Source: Candidatus Fermentibacterota bacterium | GTDB taxonomy: Bacteria > JAFGKV01 | Length of the DNA stretch: 33,741 bases | Direction: 5' to 3' | Assembly (NCBI GenBank): GCA_016928395.1 | Contig: JAFGKV010000263.1 | Span: 1 to 33,741 of the forward strand | In this document: positions 18,063-26,652 of the stretch, in pieces | Position numbering within the stretch: the first letter of the stretch is position 1 | How the letters are laid out: each line of letters opens with the position of its first letter | The notes under the pieces: generated by a model | The model's database searches: none | What the model was told of the DNA's origin: nothing | What the model saw: only the letters and a program-made list of their open reading frames with translations | Program-made: the position numbers and the translations under genes

Positions 18063-20248
18063 TGCGCCGAAGCCGGACCACCCAGAAAGAATCACGGCAT
18101 GTTCGCCGGCCTACGCTGCGCTGGGCCTCGTGGGCAGGTCTGGCTTTGATCCTCTCGCTTCTGAGGCCACCATTGGAATCCGTCGATGTGCCGATGTTCG
18201 AACTCGGCCAAGTTGCCGACAGGACTGTCATCGCACCGTTTCCCTTTCAGGTAACCAAATCCAAAGCCGATCTGGATCGCGAACGCGCGGCCGCGGCGAA
18301 TCGGGAGCCCCCCGTCTTCCGCCTCATCGCCGGAGCACGAGGGCTGTCTCTGGGGCGTCTCGATGCCCTGAAACACACGCTGCCTGCCTCGGCGCATCGA
18401 GACAGCCTTCAGGCCGCTGTGACGCCTGATCAGGCTCTCTCCCGGTCGACTCGTCAGCTCCTCTCCACGGAAGACACCCGGACAAAGGCATTCGCAATCG
18501 CCGGCCAACTGCTGGGAGGCATCCTTTCCGGCTGGATCGCCCCGGACGGGGTCTCTCTGACAGGAGCCAAGGAGTTTGTGACAGTCCTCCCCGACTCCAG
18601 TGAACGAATCGTGCCCGCAGACTCGCTGCTCACCGTAGATCGCGCCCTCTCGCTCCTCAGTAGCCAGGCACGAAATCTCCTTCCTGACGACGAGCTCATG
18701 GCCCGCGCCGTGTACGAGATCGCCTCGCCATTCATCGCTCCCACCGCGATCTTGGATCCCGCATCCACGGAGGTCCGCCGCGCCCGGGCCATGGAGAGCG
18801 TGTCGCCCTTCACTGGGACCATGCTGGCGGGTGAGGTCATCGTGGAGGCGCACTACCGCTTAACCCAGGCCGACCTTGACGAACTCCGCAGCCTTCAGGA
18901 GGCGTACGCGGCCCGCGCCAGCGCGGCGGGCGCCGCCTCTACCGCACTCCCCGTGGTGGGTCACCTTTTGTGGACAGGCTTCTTCTTGGTGATGCTGGCT
19001 GCGTCGCTCCGCGGCCTCTCGGCAGGCATTCTCCGATCTCCCGGCGACACCGCCCTCGTTGCCGTGCTCTTGTCTTTGTTGGCGGTGGCGGGATACGCGG
19101 CCCGCTGGTGGATCCGGCTGCCTCCCGCAGCGGTTCCCCTGTCGGCTTTTGCGATACTGGCCACGGTGTTCTTCGATACGCGAGTCGGTTTCGGCGTAAC
19201 CACGCTGGGGCTTCTGCTCTCAGCCAGCCATTTCCGTTTTGAGCTATCCGGGCTGGTGGGACCGCTGGCGGGTGCCCTGGTGGCGGTGTTCTGGGTCCGC
19301 CGACTGCGCCGTCGCCGTGATTTCCTGCTGGCCGCGCTGTGGGTCTTCTTGGCATCGGCGGGCGCGGGATTGTCGCTGGGCCTGATCTTCGGCTCCAACG
19401 GCGCCGCTTTGCTCCGCGGCGTCATCCTGAGCGCGGGAAACGCAGTTGCCAGCCTCTTTCTCGTGGTGGTGGCGTTCCCCGTGCTTGAGACCCTGTTCCA
19501 CCGGACCACCGATCTTCGGCTCCTGGAACTCTTGGATATGAACCATCTTTTGCTCCGTCAACTGGCCTTGGAGGCGCCCGGTACCTATCATCATTCCATC
19601 GTGGTGGGAAATCTGGCGGAGGCGGCATGTGACGCTATCGGCGCCAATGCGCTTCTCGCCCGGGTTGGGTCTTACTACCATGACATCGGCAAACTGACCA
19701 AGCCGCAGTACTTCGCCGAGAACCAGGGTGCGGGGGACAATCCCCATGACCGGCTGACGCCAAAGATGAGCGCCTTGGTCATCGCCTCCCACGTGAAGGA
19801 GGGGCTGCGGATGGCCGACAAGGCAGGGCTGCCTCCCGCCATCGGAAGCTTCATTGCTGAGCATCATGGCACGGGTCAGATTTCCTTCTTCTACAAAAAG
19901 ATGAAGGAGCAGAACCCGGATGCCAAAATCAACCCCGAGGAGTTCTCCTACAGCGGGCCAAAGCCCAGCTCCCGAGAGACCGCGGTGGTCATGCTGGCCG
20001 ACAGCGCGGAGGGAGCAACCCGGGCGCTGGATGAGCCCAACGCTACCAGGATCCGGCAAATCGTGCAAAGAGTGATCCATGAGCGCCTTACGGAAGGGCA
20101 ACTCGACGAGAGCCCGCTCAACTTCAGAGACCTGGAGCGGATTCGGGAAGCCTTTGCGCCCATTCTGATGGGGGTTCATCATCGGCGGGTGAAGTATCCC
20201 GAGGGCAGTCGCGAGACTCCCGGAAGCAGCGAGGATAACCCGCTGTGA
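18062..20248 (+). CDS. 7TM-HD (HDIG) membrane phosphohydrolase, PgpH-like
   Basis: Extracytoplasmic domain and about 7 TM helices, then APGTYHHS, YYHDIGK, EHHGT, MLADSAEG, RVKYP. Confidence 0.9.
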   Translation: MRRSRTTQKESRHVRRPTLRWASWAGLALILSLLRPPLESVDVPMFELGQVADRTVIAPFPFQVTKSKADLDRERAAAANREPPVFRLIAGARGLSLGRLDALKHTLPASAHRDSLQAAVTPDQALSRSTRQLLSTEDTRTKAFAIAGQLLGGILSGWIAPDGVSLTGAKEFVTVLPDSSERIVPADSLLTVDRALSLLSSQARNLLPDDELMARAVYEIASPFIAPTAILDPASTEVRRARAMESVSPFTGTMLAGEVIVEAHYRLTQADLDELRSLQEAYAARASAAGAASTALPVVGHLLWTGFFLVMLAASLRGLSAGILRSPGDTALVAVLLSLLAVAGYAARWWIRLPPAAVPLSAFAILATVFFDTRVGFGVTTLGLLLSASHFRFELSGLVGPLAGALVAVFWVRRLRRRRDFLLAALWVFLASAGAGLSLGLIFGSNGAALLRGVILSAGNAVASLFLVVVAFPVLETLFHRTTDLRLLELLDMNHLLLRQLALEAPGTYHHSIVVGNLAEAACDAIGANALLARVGSYYHDIGKLTKPQYFAENQGAGDNPHDRLTPKMSALVIASHVKEGLRMADKAGLPPAIGSFIAEHHGTGQISFFYKKMKEQNPDAKINPEEFSYSGPKPSSRETAVVMLADSAEGATRALDEPNATRIRQIVQRVIHERLTEGQLDESPLNFRDLERIREAFAPILMGVHHRRVKYPEGSRETPGSSEDNPL

Positions 20249-20706
20249 CGCCATCCCGCCCCATGGTGTATGTGAATGGCCATGCCCGAACCAAAGGCAT
20301 ATCAAGGGGAACACTCACTCCGTGGCTGCGCGATCTGCTGTGCATTGAGGGCCGGCCTGGCGCGGTAGTGAGTCTGACCTTCGTTGACAGCGCCGCCATG
20401 TCCGCCCTGAATGGACGGTATACGGGTAGACGCGGTACCACCGATGTGCTCGCCTTCTCCCAACAGGAGGGAGATCACCCGGCTCCTGATCCCGACCTCT
20501 TGGGTGACGTACTCGTCGACATGGAGCAGGTGCGCGCCCAGGCCCGTAAATACGGCGTAGAGCCGAGAGAGGAAATGCTTCGGGTCGTGGCACATGGATT
20601 CCTTCACCTCCTTGGATACGATCATACATCACAGAGAGAGGAGCTGTGCATGCGCCTCGCGGAGGAGCGGCATATCCTCAGATATCGCACCAGCCAGGAG
20701 TCATGA
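20245..20706 (+). CDS. ybeY: rRNA maturation endoribonuclease YbeY
   Basis: TDVLAF, LGDV, HGFLHLLGYDH. Confidence 0.95.
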   Translation: MTPSRPMVYVNGHARTKGISRGTLTPWLRDLLCIEGRPGAVVSLTFVDSAAMSALNGRYTGRRGTTDVLAFSQQEGDHPAPDPDLLGDVLVDMEQVRAQARKYGVEPREEMLRVVAHGFLHLLGYDHTSQREELCMRLAEERHILRYRTSQES

Positions 20707-21581
20707 TGCGCCCCCTTGACCGAATTCGTCTCATGGCGCTGCTGCCGTTGGTCCGTCTCACCCAGAGGCTTCAGGGCCCCTTTGAGGACAGGCTCAGGGT
20801 TCTGGCGCGCAGCGACCACGGCGCCGCAAGAGCCCTCAGTGCATTGCGGATTGCCGCGGCAGACGACGGCACGCTGGAGACCGAAGAACAGGAGATGATC
20901 AGCCACATCTATGAGTTCGGCGAGACCCTGGCCCGCGAGGTCATGGTGCCTCGCATCGACATGGTCTGCGCCGACATCGCCGAAGGTATCAACGAGGTAG
21001 TCCGCCTCATAGAGGAGACCGGTCACTCCCGGATTCCCGTGTATCGAGAATCGGTGGACTACATCGAAGGCATCGTCTATGCCAAGGACCTGCTGACAAA
21101 CATGTCGAAGGACGCCCAGGAGACCTCGGTGCTCGCCCTGGCGCGAAAACCCTTCTTCATCCCGGAAACGAAAAAGATCGATGACCTCCTCAGGGACTTG
21201 CGCCGCGACAAGGTGCACATGGCTATCGTAGTTGACGAATATGGAGGCACGGCCGGGCTCGTGACTCTGGAGGATCTACTCGAGGAGATTGTTGGTGAGA
21301 TCCAGGATGAGTACGACACCGAGGAGCCTGAGTTTGTCCGCCTCGGTCCGGAGAGCTTCCGGGTTGATGCCCGCATGAATCTTGACGATCTGAACGAGCT
21401 GGTCGGCGCCAATGTGCCCACGGACTCGGTGGACACAATCGGCGGGTTCATCTACGACCTCCTCGGCAGGATTCCCGAAGAAGGGGAGACCATCCAATGG
21501 TCCAATCTCCGCTTTGTTGTAGAGGAGATCGAAGGCCAGCGTATCGCCAAGGTCGTGGTCAAGACCGAGCCCTCGCACTGA
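20703..21581 (+). CDS. corC: CBS-pair/CorC (YbeX/HlyC) protein lacking a full DUF21 membrane domain
   Basis: AREVMVPR, HSRIPVY, VVDEYGGTAGLVTLEDLLEEIVGEIQDEYD, DTIGG. ATGA overlap with ybeY. Confidence 0.85.
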   Translation: MMRPLDRIRLMALLPLVRLTQRLQGPFEDRLRVLARSDHGAARALSALRIAAADDGTLETEEQEMISHIYEFGETLAREVMVPRIDMVCADIAEGINEVVRLIEETGHSRIPVYRESVDYIEGIVYAKDLLTNMSKDAQETSVLALARKPFFIPETKKIDDLLRDLRRDKVHMAIVVDEYGGTAGLVTLEDLLEEIVGEIQDEYDTEEPEFVRLGPESFRVDARMNLDDLNELVGANVPTDSVDTIGGFIYDLLGRIPEEGETIQWSNLRFVVEEIEGQRIAKVVVKTEPSH

Positions 21582-21606
21582 TCCCGCTATGCGGGCATAG
21601 CGCTTC

Positions 21607-22269
21607 ATGAGCATCAGGCGAACCCTGCAGGCCAATCTCATCGCCGGCGTCCTGGTGCTCACCCCGGCGGTGGTGAGTCTCTACGTATTCGTGCAGCTCT
21701 TCCTCGCCCTGGACCGGCCGCTGGCGAATGCAGTGAGACTGGCCACGGGCTACCGCATCCCGGGGGTCGGATTTGCCGCACTTGTGATCCTCGTGCTTCT
21801 CGTGGGAGTGTTCACCCGGAACGTGGTGGGAAGCCACCTTGTCGGGTTTGCCCGCAGAGCCATGACATCCGTACCCTTGCTCGGTACTCTGTATGGCGTC
21901 CTGGAACAGACGCTGGGCATGATCATGTCGGGACGGGGAAAGGGTTTCCGGCGGGTCGTGATGGTGGAATACCCAGTGGCGGGGATCTGGTCCATCGGTC
22001 TCGTCGCAGGGGAGGGAGGGATCGGCGGCACGGCCCAAGACGGGCCCCTGACGCGGGTATTCGTACCAACATCTCCCAACCCCACGTCGGGATTTCTCCT
22101 CTTGGTATCGCCAATGAAGTTACGCGAGTTGCCCGTCCCCGTTGAGGAGGCCGTCAAGATGCTCGTCTCCGGCGGCCTAGTGGTGCCACGGCCATTCCAT
22201 CCATCTTCCTCCGGTGTCGGCCACGACACTGACCCTGTGACCAGCGAGGCGGCCAATGGCGCGCCGTGA
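21607..22269 (+). CDS. DUF502 membrane protein
   Basis: Two TM helices, VVMVEYP, VFVPTSPNPTSGFLL, EEAVKMLVSGG. Confidence 0.92.
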   Translation: MSIRRTLQANLIAGVLVLTPAVVSLYVFVQLFLALDRPLANAVRLATGYRIPGVGFAALVILVLLVGVFTRNVVGSHLVGFARRAMTSVPLLGTLYGVLEQTLGMIMSGRGKGFRRVVMVEYPVAGIWSIGLVAGEGGIGGTAQDGPLTRVFVPTSPNPTSGFLLLVSPMKLRELPVPVEEAVKMLVSGGLVVPRPFHPSSSGVGHDTDPVTSEAANGAP

Positions 22270-22373
22270 TGCCACCGACCAAGGCCAGCGCGCCATTCGT
22301 GAGTCACTCCCGTGAAGTCCACGCATGATCTGTCAGGTCTCCCGCGGGGTCGCCTGAACATGAGCGTTGGGGA

Positions 22374-23216
22374 ATGAAGCTCGTCCGTGTTGACGGCATT
22401 GTCCTCCGGGCCATCCCTTTTTCGGAGACTAGCCTCGTGGGATCACTTCTCACCCGCCAGCTCGGCCGCATCGGCGTGATCGCCCGGGGCGCCCGCCGGC
22501 CCGGCTGCGCCGCCGCCGCCGCCTTTCAGTCCACCAATCTCGTCTCCTGCTCGGTCTACATGGGCGAACGAAGCGGGCTGCGCACCATCAGCCATCTGGA
22601 ACTAGAAGCGACACACGAGTCGATTCCTCGCTCGGTGGAGCTGTTCGGTCTCGTGGGGTATGCCATGGAGCTTGTCATCTTCCAGGCACCGGAGGAGGAA
22701 CCCGCGCCCCGCGTGTTTCGGCTCTTGAAGGGCTTTCTGCACGCGGCGGATGGCGCAACTCTGGCCGAGGCCGAAATGGCTCTTGTCGCCTTCGAGTTCC
22801 GCCTCCAGCGAGCGCTGGGATGGGGTCTTTGCACCGAGGTGTGTGCCCGGTGCGGCGCCGTGGTGACTGGGGCAACGAGGCTCAGCCCCCGCGAGGGCGG
22901 CACTCTCTGCCCAGCGTGCGATCCCCAAGATGCTTGCGGAGAGACCCTGTCATCAGGAGATTTGAGCGTTTTGCGCGCGATGCTGCTTGAACCCTTTGCC
23001 CGGTGGAGGCAAAATGCGGTATCAGGTGAAACCGTAGCCGCGCTCTCGCGCATCGCACGAAGTGTGTGGCAGATACACGCCCCGGCGCCCACTCGGAGCA
23101 GCTCTTTGGCGTTTCTTGCCGACGTGCGCAGCGACGGCTATGGGAAATCCGGGACGAGATCCGGGGAAAACGCCGGCGCCAAGGATTTCGCATCACGCCG
23201 ACCAATGACGCAATGA
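22374..23216 (+). CDS. recO: DNA repair protein RecO
   Basis: GIVLRAIPFSETS, IARGARR, and Zn-finger CARC...GGTLCPAC. Confidence 0.9.
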   Translation: MKLVRVDGIVLRAIPFSETSLVGSLLTRQLGRIGVIARGARRPGCAAAAAFQSTNLVSCSVYMGERSGLRTISHLELEATHESIPRSVELFGLVGYAMELVIFQAPEEEPAPRVFRLLKGFLHAADGATLAEAEMALVAFEFRLQRALGWGLCTEVCARCGAVVTGATRLSPREGGTLCPACDPQDACGETLSSGDLSVLRAMLLEPFARWRQNAVSGETVAALSRIARSVWQIHAPAPTRSSSLAFLADVRSDGYGKSGTRSGENAGAKDFASRRPMTQ

Positions 23217-23317
23217 TTGACCACATCGCCCGGGGAAGTGCTCCCTACGGCCGTACCGAAGTATCGGCCGACCATGGCATAGGACTGTAGGGCCCGCCAC
23301 CGCAGGCTGGAGGCAGT

Positions 23318-24499
23318 ATGGACCTGTTCGAGAAGTGTTACCAGTTTACCGAGGCCAAAGAAGTCATGGCCATGGGGATCTACCCGTTCTTCCGCCCCAT
23401 CGAGTCGTTCCAGGAGACGCTGGCGCGCATCGACGGCAAGGAAGTAATCATGATCGGGTCCAACAACTACCTCGGGCTTACCCACCACCCGAAGGTCATT
23501 CAGGCAGCCAGGGCGGCCCTTGAGCGCTATGGATCCGGATGCACGGGATCCCGCTTCCTCAATGGAACCCTGACCCTCCATGAAGAACTGGAGCACCGGC
23601 TTGCCCGCTTCGTGGGCAAGGAAGCGGCCTTGGTCTTCAGCACCGGCTTCCAGGTGAACCTGGGGGTCATTTCTTCGCTGGTGGGCCGAAACGAACTGAC
23701 CATCACCGACCGCGAAGATCACGCCAGCATCGTGGACGGGTGCCGCCTGAGCTTTGGCAAGAATCTCAAGTTCCCCCATGGCAACATGGAGGCCCTGGAG
23801 AGCATTCTCGTCGCCAACAAGGATCGCCCCAAGCTCATTATCGTCGATGGCGTCTTTAGCATGGGAGGGGATCTCGCCGATCTACCGTCACTGGTGGATC
23901 TGGCCCGGCGGTACGATGCCCGGCTCCTGGTGGATGATGCGCACGGCATCGGCGTCGTGGGGACGACAGGCAGAGGCACTGCCGAGCATTTCGGGCTCAC
24001 CCAGCAGGTCGATCTTATCATGGGGACCTTCAGCAAGTCCTTCGCATCGCTGGGCGGGTTCATCGCGGGAGAGGAACAGGTCATTCACTACATCAAGCAT
24101 CACTCCCGCAGCTTCATCTTCTCGGCGAGCATGCCCCCTGCGTCCGTTGCGGCGGCCATGGCGGCGCTGGAAGTACTCGAAGAGGAGCCCGAACGCGTGC
24201 AGCGCCTGCACGCCATCGCCGAACGGATGCAACGGGGATTCCGGGAGCTGGGATTCGACGTGGGCGGCAGCCAGACCGCCATCATCCCTATCAAGGTGGG
24301 CCTGGGTATGCTGGGCACGTTCCGTTTCTGGAAATCCCTCCTGGAAGAAGGCGTGTTCACCAATCCCGTGATCCCGCCGGCAGTGACTCCCGGGGATGAA
24401 CTGCTGCGAACAAGCTACATGGCAACCCACGAGGACTATCAACTGGAGAAGGTGCTGGCCGTGTTCGCCAAGGTCGGCAAAGACTACGGGATCCTATGA
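23318..24499 (+). CDS. spt: Serine palmitoyltransferase-like alpha-oxoamine synthase (PLP-dependent)
   Basis: GIYPFFRPIES, GSNNYLGLT, GSGCTGSRFLNGTL, STGFQVNLGVIS, DHASIVDG, DDAH, DLIMGTFSKS (PLP Lys), SRSFIFSAS. These resemble Bacteroidota SPT as recalled. Coupled to bCerS-like and CerR-like genes. Confidence 0.8.
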   Translation: MDLFEKCYQFTEAKEVMAMGIYPFFRPIESFQETLARIDGKEVIMIGSNNYLGLTHHPKVIQAARAALERYGSGCTGSRFLNGTLTLHEELEHRLARFVGKEAALVFSTGFQVNLGVISSLVGRNELTITDREDHASIVDGCRLSFGKNLKFPHGNMEALESILVANKDRPKLIIVDGVFSMGGDLADLPSLVDLARRYDARLLVDDAHGIGVVGTTGRGTAEHFGLTQQVDLIMGTFSKSFASLGGFIAGEEQVIHYIKHHSRSFIFSASMPPASVAAAMAALEVLEEEPERVQRLHAIAERMQRGFRELGFDVGGSQTAIIPIKVGLGMLGTFRFWKSLLEEGVFTNPVIPPAVTPGDELLRTSYMATHEDYQLEKVLAVFAKVGKDYGIL

Positions 24500-25614
24500 G
24501 CCTGCAGGTCAGGCAGGTACGAACGAAGCGAGACCTGGCGCGCTTCCAGAGCCTGCCATGGCGGATCTACCGTGACGACACGACGTGGGTACCGCCGCTT
24601 TTGAGCCAGGAACGCGCCCTGCTGTGGCCCGGGCGTCACCCCTTCCATGAGCATGCCCTCACCGCGCTGTTTCTCGCCACGAATGGCAGCCGGGTGGTGG
24701 GCCGGATCGGTGTGTGCCTGAACGAGCAGCATAACGTGTTTCAGGGCGAGCGCATGGGGTTCTTCGGGTTTTTCGAATGCGAAGACGACCAGGCAGCGGC
24801 CGACGCACTGGTGGGGGCCTCCCGGGACTGGCTTCTCGGTCAGGGAATGGAGCGGATGCGGGGCCCCTTCAACTGGTCGACCAACGAGGCGTGCGGCCTG
24901 CTGATAGAGGGATTCGACCACCCGCCCATGGTGCTCATGACGTATAACCCGCCGTATTACGAGGCCCTCCTGGAGACGACAGGGCTCACCAAAATCAAAG
25001 ACCTGTTCGCTTTTGAGTTATTCACCACGGGTCCGGAGCCCGAACGGGTGGCCCGCATCGCGGCGCGGGCGATGCAGCGTGCCGGCATTACCCTCCGATG
25101 CATGAATATGAAACGATTGATTGAAGATGCCGCGGTCCTCAGGGATATCTACAATGAAGCGTGGAAGAACAACTGGGGATTTGTGCCCATGACGTCCCGG
25201 GAGTTCGAGCACTTGGCCAAGGATATCCGTTCAGTGATCGATCCCCGCCTCATACTCATTGCGGAACATGAGGGCACACCGGTCGCGTTCACCCTGTCGC
25301 TTCCCAATGTCAACCACGTGCTCAAGCACTTGAACGGCCGCATGTTTCCCTTCGGCTTCCTGAAGGCCCTCTGGTATGGACGTCGCATTCCCGAGGCCCG
25401 CCTTATCACGCTGGGGGTCAAGGAGGGGTTTCGGCGCCGGGGTATCGAAGCGGTGCTCATGCTGGAGTCATTCCGGCAGGGCCACCTGGCAGGGTACACC
25501 CACGGCGAGATGGGATGGGTACTGGAGAACAATGAACTCATGATCCGGGATATCGAGGCCATGGGAGGACGCCGCTACAAAACCTATCGGATCTACGAGA
25601 CTCCCCTCGGCTGA
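24496..25614 (+). CDS. GNAT-fold bacterial ceramide synthase (bCerS)-like N-acyltransferase, paralog 2
   Basis: ATGA overlap with spt. WVPPL, HPFHEH, GFFGFFEC, GPFNWSTNEACGLLIEGF, YNPPYY, NWGFVPMT, WVLENN, YKTYRIYE. Confidence 0.75.
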   Translation: MSLQVRQVRTKRDLARFQSLPWRIYRDDTTWVPPLLSQERALLWPGRHPFHEHALTALFLATNGSRVVGRIGVCLNEQHNVFQGERMGFFGFFECEDDQAAADALVGASRDWLLGQGMERMRGPFNWSTNEACGLLIEGFDHPPMVLMTYNPPYYEALLETTGLTKIKDLFAFELFTTGPEPERVARIAARAMQRAGITLRCMNMKRLIEDAAVLRDIYNEAWKNNWGFVPMTSREFEHLAKDIRSVIDPRLILIAEHEGTPVAFTLSLPNVNHVLKHLNGRMFPFGFLKALWYGRRIPEARLITLGVKEGFRRRGIEAVLMLESFRQGHLAGYTHGEMGWVLENNELMIRDIEAMGGRRYKTYRIYETPLG

Positions 25615-25616
25615 CC

Positions 25617-26591
25617 ATGGCCACTGACCTGGTAACCGGGGCGAGCGGTTTCATCGGGTCGCATGTGGTGGATCATCTCCTCAGTCGGGGCCGATCCGTA
25701 CGGGTCCTTCTCAGGCCCGCCTCATCGCTCCAGTGGCTTCCCGCCGACCACATCGAGGTCATACGCCTCGCGGCCTGGGGCATAGACAGCCTGACGTCGG
25801 CGCTAGCCGGCATCGACCGGGTGTACCATGTGGCAGGGACCACCCATGCGGCAAATCGGGCGGCGTTCTTCGCATTTCACGTTGACGGCACCAAATCACT
25901 GCTGGAGGCATGCCGCCGCGGGGGCACTGTGGGCCGAGTAATCGTGTTCTCCTCCCTGGCCGCCGCGGGGCCGAGCCCCACGGGCAGGCCATTGCACGAA
26001 ACCGACCCTCCAGGGCCGGTGTCTTGGTATGGTCAGAGCAAGCTGGCTCAGGAAGAGGTGGCCCTCTCCTACGCGGATACGCTGAGCATCGTCATCCTGC
26101 GCCCCCCCGCGGTCTATGGCCCGCGGGATCGTGATTTCCTGCCCCTGTTCCAGGTGGCGCGCCGCGGCCTGCTGCCGGCCCCGGCCCATGGCACCCAGAG
26201 CTTCACCCACGTGGGCGACGTGGTAGCCGGGGCATGGGCTGCGGGACAGGGCGTGGTTCCCTCCGGCGGCGTCTACTTCATCAGCTCGCGGGAAGTCATT
26301 ACGTGGCAAGGCCTGGCCCAGGTGCTGGGGAAGGAGCTGGGCCGCACGATACGCGTGATCCCTGTGCCCCGCATGGCCTTGTCGGCCATCGGCTGGGCAA
26401 GCCGCGCGCTGGAGCGGCTCACCGGCACATCCATCCCGCTGGATCGCAACAAGATCATGGAGGCCCGTTTCCCCCATTGGGTCTGCTGGCCATCCAAGGC
26501 AGAGCGGGAGCTGGGGTTTTGCCCCGCCCTTGATCTGTCGGAGGGCATCGCCAGAACCATCGGGTGGTACCGTGAGCGGGGAGCGCTGTAG
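25617..26591 (+). CDS. Extended SDR (NAD-dependent epimerase/dehydratase family), candidate ceramide reductase CerR
   Basis: VTGASGFIG, HVAG, SSLAA, YGQSK (YxxxK), RPPAVYGPRD. Starts 2 nt after the bCerS-like stop. Confidence 0.7.
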   Translation: MATDLVTGASGFIGSHVVDHLLSRGRSVRVLLRPASSLQWLPADHIEVIRLAAWGIDSLTSALAGIDRVYHVAGTTHAANRAAFFAFHVDGTKSLLEACRRGGTVGRVIVFSSLAAAGPSPTGRPLHETDPPGPVSWYGQSKLAQEEVALSYADTLSIVILRPPAVYGPRDRDFLPLFQVARRGLLPAPAHGTQSFTHVGDVVAGAWAAGQGVVPSGGVYFISSREVITWQGLAQVLGKELGRTIRVIPVPRMALSAIGWASRALERLTGTSIPLDRNKIMEARFPHWVCWPSKAERELGFCPALDLSEGIARTIGWYRERGAL

Positions 26592-26652
26592 GCGGATTTC
26601 ATCAGGACCGGCGTCTCTGCCTGAGCACCCCCACCCTTCCTTCCATCCTCCC

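Noticed and set aside
19244-20314. 356-aa minus-strand ORF
   Set aside because: Antisense shadow of the HD-domain gene.
23318-24499. Annotation as bioF or kbl
   Set aside because: SPT-type motifs and coupling to bCerS-like and CerR-like genes, with no biotin or tdh genes nearby. Not fully excluded without a tree.
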